Below are positions 59,298 through 64,000 of a stretch of DNA of 64,000 nucleotides, in pieces (within the stretch, counting starts at the first letter, position 1; every line of letters begins with the position of its first letter). Source of the stretch: a virus; IMG/VR virus record IMGVR_UViG_3300045988_165212. One strand, given 5' to 3'. Made by a program: the position numbers and the translations under genes. A model generated the notes under the pieces. It had not been told where the DNA came from. It did no database searches and worked only from the letters and a program-made list of their open reading frames with translations.

Positions 59298-59396
59298 CCC
59301 AAAAATCACCACTTTTGAGCATGAAAAAAGGGAGCCGTGAAGCCCCCTCGTTAACATTCGGTTTGAACACCGTAAATAAGCCGTTCTAACGGCATT

Positions 59397-59639
59397 TTAA
59401 CCATCATCCTTCATAGACCCTTGGCGAGTGCCAGAAATGAGCGTAGATTGCTTTATAATAGCTCGTTTCGTGATTATTGACCCATTGCCAGACAGACCAG
59501 CATGAAGCAAGTAACTCTTGGTACAACCAACCTCCTCAGAGGTCAGCACGGTGTAAACCGCCGATATGCTTGAAAAGTAGAAGTCTTTCAAGCCATTATG
59601 TTTGCCCACAATAAGATGGACGTGTATAACTTTTGCCAT
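59397..59639 (-). CDS. hypothetical small protein (arm copy)
   Basis: Identical to 10238..10480. Confidence 0.45.
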   Translation of the reverse strand: MAKVIHVHLIVGKHNGLKDFYFSSISAVYTVLTSEEVGCTKSYLLHAGLSGNGSIITKRAIIKQSTLISGTRQGSMKDDG

Positions 59640-59986
59640 ATCTATTCATTTAAATTTCGGTGCAAATATACCAAATAATAATTATATGGAATAATTTTGC
59701 ATTTTAAATAATCATAAAAGGGCAAAAATAAAGGGTAGCGATTGCCACCCATGCACAAGTCCCATCATCCTCATGTAAGCCGTTTGTAAACCTCATTCAA
59801 TCCTACCGCCCTCAAACGCAAGCCAGGAGGCCACAGAATTAAACCAAAATTAAACCCATGTAAACGTTTCGTTTTGTGTCGCTATTCATGCAAGATTATC
59901 GTAACTAACTATATTTCAAATACTTCACCCGATATTTAGGCATAAGGCTTTATATACGCTTCGTTCTGTGCCCTTTAATTATTGGG

Positions 59987-60349
59987 ATGTTTTGTAGTTA
60001 TCTAGTAGGTATTACGACTAAGGCAGATAGTTTTAGTTTTGATAATATTGAGTTTTGTTATAAAGGAAAAATAAATGAAAAATTGTGGTTTAAAAGTAAA
60101 TCAGATTCATTGTATGAGTCTGATAATACTGTGTATTCTTACAATGAAGGAATAATTTCTACACCTAAGTGTGTGGCAGAAGTTGCTTCTATGTTATTGG
60201 ATGAACTTCATTTTGGATACATGAAGAAGAATGAATATCCTTTAAAGGTGGTAAAGGATGTAAAATCTTGGAAAGTATATGGTAACAGTTATGAATCGCC
60301 TGTTTATATTCAACTTTATCGAAAGACAGGTATGGTTATGGATTATTAA
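59987..60349 (+). CDS. hypothetical protein (arm copy)
   Basis: Identical to 9528..9890. Confidence 0.4.
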   Translation: MFCSYLVGITTKADSFSFDNIEFCYKGKINEKLWFKSKSDSLYESDNTVYSYNEGIISTPKCVAEVASMLLDELHFGYMKKNEYPLKVVKDVKSWKVYGNSYESPVYIQLYRKTGMVMDY

Positions 60350-60372
60350 AATTACTTTTACATATAGTTGTT

Positions 60373-61515
60373 ATGGATAAAATGATACTATTGCTTATGT
60401 TATTGTTCCCTATACATATTTTAGGACAAAATGAAATTCGCATAGGGGATAACCTAAAGTTTTCGGAATTATTACTTTCAGAAAATTTCTCCCTTTCTGA
60501 TAGTCTAGAAATGTGGGATTTTTCTGATGCTCAACTACTTTCACATGAGCAAAATTTACATTTTTTCTCAAATAGGGATAGTACAGTAAAGGCTTTTATT
60601 GCCAGTTTTGATGGTAAAACAAAATACTTATATGATGAGCGAGGCGATGGACTATATCTTGTTGCCTTTCAAAATAAGCAAGCTAGAATTAAATATGATG
60701 AAGCCGAAATCGACTTGCGTTATCCCCTATGCTTACAAGATTCCTGCAAAGGTTGGTTTTCAGCACATGGTGACGATGTGCATGGTGATTTGGTGCATAT
60801 TTGTGGGAAATATAAGTATAAAATCATAGGAAAAGGTACGTTGCTAACTATTGATAGAGATACTCTGCCAAATACATTGTTGATTCATAATCAAAGATTA
60901 GTATCTTCATTGTTTAATGGCAAGGAAAAAGAATTGCAAAAATATGGTGTACTGGATAGTATTCCTAAATTGTCCTATAACAAAGTTGATAGTCTTATGA
61001 AGAGTGATACTGCTTTGGTTAGAAATGATGTTTATAGATGGTATGCTCCTGGATACCGCTATCCTATTTTAAGATTAGAAACAATCTCTTCCTGTAATGG
61101 AAGAAATCGTATTTTGAATTCTTCAGCTTTATATTGCTCTGTTCTTATGCAAAACGAATTGTCGGATGATTCTATCAATGAGGAAATTCGTAGAAAGATA
61201 ACAAAAGAAGGAAAATGTCAAAAGTTGCAACAACAAGATAGAGGCCAAAATTTATTGAAAGCAAATAACTATTCAGTAAATATTAATAATACAGGTGTAA
61301 ATTTGAGTTACTCGCTTTTAGACGATGCGAATATTTCTTATGGAGTTTATACCCAAGATGGTATATTTTTGGTAAATAGAAAATTAGGCAAACAGAAACA
61401 AGGTAAGTATAATATGGCTATAGACTTAGGGTATGTCAATAAAAAAAACTTGATATTTACGTTATTTGTCAATGGGATTCCATATTCAAAAGTTATAGGG
61501 GAAAATGTGCAATAG
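60373..61515 (+). CDS. secreted hypothetical protein (arm copy)
   Basis: Identical to 8362..9504. Confidence 0.5.
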   Translation: MDKMILLLMLLFPIHILGQNEIRIGDNLKFSELLLSENFSLSDSLEMWDFSDAQLLSHEQNLHFFSNRDSTVKAFIASFDGKTKYLYDERGDGLYLVAFQNKQARIKYDEAEIDLRYPLCLQDSCKGWFSAHGDDVHGDLVHICGKYKYKIIGKGTLLTIDRDTLPNTLLIHNQRLVSSLFNGKEKELQKYGVLDSIPKLSYNKVDSLMKSDTALVRNDVYRWYAPGYRYPILRLETISSCNGRNRILNSSALYCSVLMQNELSDDSINEEIRRKITKEGKCQKLQQQDRGQNLLKANNYSVNINNTGVNLSYSLLDDANISYGVYTQDGIFLVNRKLGKQKQGKYNMAIDLGYVNKKNLIFTLFVNGIPYSKVIGENVQ

Positions 61516-61609
61516 AGTAGGTATGGGGTAGACCGAAACATAATAATGGTATTAAAATGAATTATAATACGTCATTTTACTAACCAGAACGATTTTAACC
61601 ATACTGATA

Positions 61610-61684
61610 GAAAAAAATCTGCACCATCTGCGTCATCTGCGTGAGATTCTTAAGTCACACAGATTTCGCAAATGGCGCAGATTT
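61610..61684 (-). terminator. long hairpin terminator (arm copy)
   Basis: Mirror of 8193..8267. Confidence 0.55.
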
Positions 61685-61688
61685 CCTT

Positions 61689-64000
61689 TTATTGCACTTC
61701 CAGATAATCGAACGAAACGTTCGGAAGACCGGAGAGGATTATCTGATAGGTACCGGCATTGATCTGAGAATCAGTAGTGGTACCGATGGTTTTGAACTTA
61801 TTCGGCGTTTCAGGGAAGGTCATGTCTCTATCCAGCAGGACAATGCCCTTGCTGTCCACAATCTTCAACCTGCCTACCTGTTGCTCACCGGTTGTGTTCT
61901 TATAGCGGAAACGCAACATGTATTCGCGGGCTACACCAGGATTGATGGTCCAGGTTGAGGACTTGCTCTTATAGCGCACAGCCGGGAATACTTCGTTGTC
62001 CTGAGGCAACAGCTCCTTCGGATATTTCTCTACCACATCCTTATCCAGGTCAGCCCAGTAAGTCTTGCTCATTCCGCTCTCAGGCTTGCTGCCCTTGAAG
62101 GCGACATTCCACTTTTCTGCATCTCCTATCTCTCCCTTGGCAGCAATGGCGATGGCAGAGATGATTGCCTCTCCCACCTTTACTTCCGGGAAAGAAATGG
62201 TCAGCAGACCGCCCTTTACCTTGATATCTATCACCTTCTTGCAGGCTCCCGCAAAGCCAGCCTCAGCCCAAAGGTCGAGGTCATCTACTACCACGGAATC
62301 GTTGATGGCTACATCAAAGATGCGCTCGCCTTCACAATCGATGCCGGCACCCTCATGCTTGCCCAACCAAGGCTCAGCAAAATAGAGTTCTACGCGATAT
62401 TCTCCATCCGGAACGGCAAACTGATAGTTCAGCGCATGACGGCCCCAACGGAAATACTGGAAGAGCTGTGCATCATGAGCCGCAGCATGATGAGAGGCTG
62501 CAGATGATGATTTCAAGCCATGAATGCGGGAGGTGATATGTCCCTGACTCGCCGTAAACGGATTCATGCCGAAACGCTCTGCCCAGGAATGAGAATAGAC
62601 GCTGTCGTCCTGCTCCCACTCGCTGCCATAACTGTCTGTAACGGCATCACCGCCACAGTTCACTCTATACAGATAGGTATAACCCTCGGCTGGTTTCAGA
62701 AGATTTCTGCTGCGGTCGGCAGCTGTAGGCATAAGCGTATCAGGCTGCACCTTAGTATAATGATTGCGATACCAGTAGAAGCCTTCGGTAGGCTGTTCCC
62801 AAGGCGTGAGAAGTCCCTTGTAATTGAACGGTCCCACCTTGTCGATACGGCGGTAAGCCTCATCCGGCTGTACTCTGCCCGGGTTTTCATGCGACACGAA
62901 AAGCCACTGGAAATGGCCGCAGACGCTGTCCCTGGCACTCTCTGCCAGCATCGCCTTCTTGCCGAGAAGAGATACAAAGGCATCTTCGGTATAGGCTTTT
63001 GACAGAGCCTTTGCATCACCGGCATGCAGTTTCTCTGCATCGGAACTGCGGAAACCGAGCGTGCGCCAGGCACCATATTCACCATTCAGCAACTGGTTAG
63101 GCTGCTTCAATTCCTGATCATATTTATCGGCTGTTCCGCCGTAGGTTCCGCTCCAGTTCTGAATCACATTCCAGTCGCTTCCCTCTCCTCCATTACAGGT
63201 CGTGATGGCGCGCATGGTCTGAGCGGTAGGGTCCATCTCCCGGATAATGGCAGCACACTCCTCGGTGAAATCCTTCGGCATCACACTCTCGTTCTGAATG
63301 CCCCAGAGAATGACGCTAGGCGAATTGCGGCGCTCCTTGATCCAACGGCGCAGCAGACGCTTGAAGTTCTTGCGGAAGGCGGATGTATCATACCAGACAT
63401 GTGCCGAGAACTGACTCCAGAACAGCATGCCCTGCTCATCCAGCAACTGCTGATAATAGAGATTATGTGGCTGATGAGCCTCACGGAAGGCATTGAAACC
63501 TGCCTGACGCATCATCTTGACACGGGAGGCAATCTGCTCGTGAGAGAAGGCATGACTCTGACCGAAGAGGTGCTCGTAATCGCAGGTTCCGTTGATGAAA
63601 ACCGGACTGCCATTGAGATAGAATCTGCCGTCTTTCTTATCCATCTGGGCTGAATCGCCACGGAGCGCAGCCTGCTTCTGTCGGAGTACCGGCCATGAGA
63701 TGGTGCGGATGCCGAAAGGTGTAGCCACATCATCGATGGTCTTGCCCTCTCGTTTGATGATACTGGAAAGGGTATAGAGATAAGGATCCGTGATGCTCCA
63801 CAGATGGGCATCGCTGACCTTTGCCTGATGACGGACCACCTGGGTCTCGCCTGCCTTCAGGGTAATCTTTCCGGTCTGGCGGAAAGCGGTCTTGCCACTG
63901 CTCAGCGCCAGTTTGCTGATTACCTCGATGGTCTGCTCATGGTCGGAATAGTTCTTCACTTCGGTTTCAACAAAGACGCTGTCGCATGCCTCGTTGTTCC
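61689..64000 (-). CDS. C-terminal 770 codons of the multidomain glycosidase (arm copy, cut by the window edge)
   Basis: Mirror of 5877..8188. The track ORF 61689..63959 begins at an internal Met, but the reading frame stays open to the window edge. Confidence 0.8.
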   Translation of the reverse strand, partial: NNEACDSVFVETEVKNYSDHEQTIEVISKLALSSGKTAFRQTGKITLKAGETQVVRHQAKVSDAHLWSITDPYLYTLSSIIKREGKTIDDVATPFGIRTISWPVLRQKQAALRGDSAQMDKKDGRFYLNGSPVFINGTCDYEHLFGQSHAFSHEQIASRVKMMRQAGFNAFREAHQPHNLYYQQLLDEQGMLFWSQFSAHVWYDTSAFRKNFKRLLRRWIKERRNSPSVILWGIQNESVMPKDFTEECAAIIREMDPTAQTMRAITTCNGGEGSDWNVIQNWSGTYGGTADKYDQELKQPNQLLNGEYGAWRTLGFRSSDAEKLHAGDAKALSKAYTEDAFVSLLGKKAMLAESARDSVCGHFQWLFVSHENPGRVQPDEAYRRIDKVGPFNYKGLLTPWEQPTEGFYWYRNHYTKVQPDTLMPTAADRSRNLLKPAEGYTYLYRVNCGGDAVTDSYGSEWEQDDSVYSHSWAERFGMNPFTASQGHITSRIHGLKSSSAASHHAAAHDAQLFQYFRWGRHALNYQFAVPDGEYRVELYFAEPWLGKHEGAGIDCEGERIFDVAINDSVVVDDLDLWAEAGFAGACKKVIDIKVKGGLLTISFPEVKVGEAIISAIAIAAKGEIGDAEKWNVAFKGSKPESGMSKTYWADLDKDVVEKYPKELLPQDNEVFPAVRYKSKSSTWTINPGVAREYMLRFRYKNTTGEQQVGRLKIVDSKGIVLLDRDMTFPETPNKFKTIGTTTDSQINAGTYQIILSGLPNVSFDYLEVQ

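Larger units (their letters stand above)
10012..59865. mobile_element. Mu-like transposable siphophage with DGR, as assembled (includes the duplicated early arm; true right end not seen)
   Basis: S24 repressor, large transposase candidate, MuB-like ATPase, GemA-like and DUF3164-like ORFs, DUF935-type portal, MuF, HK97-type protease, capsid, tube, tape measure and tail fibre. The left boundary is only bracketed to 9891..10580. Confidence 0.75.
48213..64000. repeat. right arm of the 15,788-bp perfect inverted duplication
   Basis: Reverse complement of 5877..21664. Truncated by the window edge. Confidence 0.95.

Overview
The window holds a Bacteroidales-like chromosomal segment joined to a Mu-like (transposable) siphophage that carries a diversity-generating retroelement (DGR). 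The host part contains tandem lipoprotein paralogues, a hipBA-type toxin-antitoxin pair, a 1329-aa multidomain GH2-type glycosidase and two secreted proteins. The main structural fact is that the window is a giant palindrome. Positions 5877..21664 are the exact reverse complement of 48213..64000 (x maps to 69877-x). This rests on identical translations for every mirrored ORF in the track and on several intergenic stretches I checked by eye, not on every base. The two 15,788-bp arms contain host genes, the phage left end, the early region and the DGR reverse transcriptase (RT). They enclose a 26,548-bp unique core (21665..48212) with the late genes. On the minus strand these are the tail fibre, baseplate/Tal, tape measure, chaperones, tube, lysis cassette, capsid and protease. 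On the plus strand they are TerS, TerL, portal and MuF. The inner arm edges fall exactly on the 5' edge of the Asn-codon-rich DGR repeat. One copy is the in-frame 3' end of a 2274-aa tail-fibre ORF (VR position). The other lies in non-coding context behind a TAnnTTTG promoter motif (TR position). Both are followed by the same spacer and RT. So a TR/VR-mediated fold-back misassembly, or a real TR/VR recombination, must be excluded before the duplication is believed. The two copies are identical, so this sequence shows no direct evidence of adenine mutagenesis. The phage right end is not in the window. I found no rRNA, tRNA or CRISPR array. All functional calls come from motifs read by eye in the ORF translations; no database search was possible.
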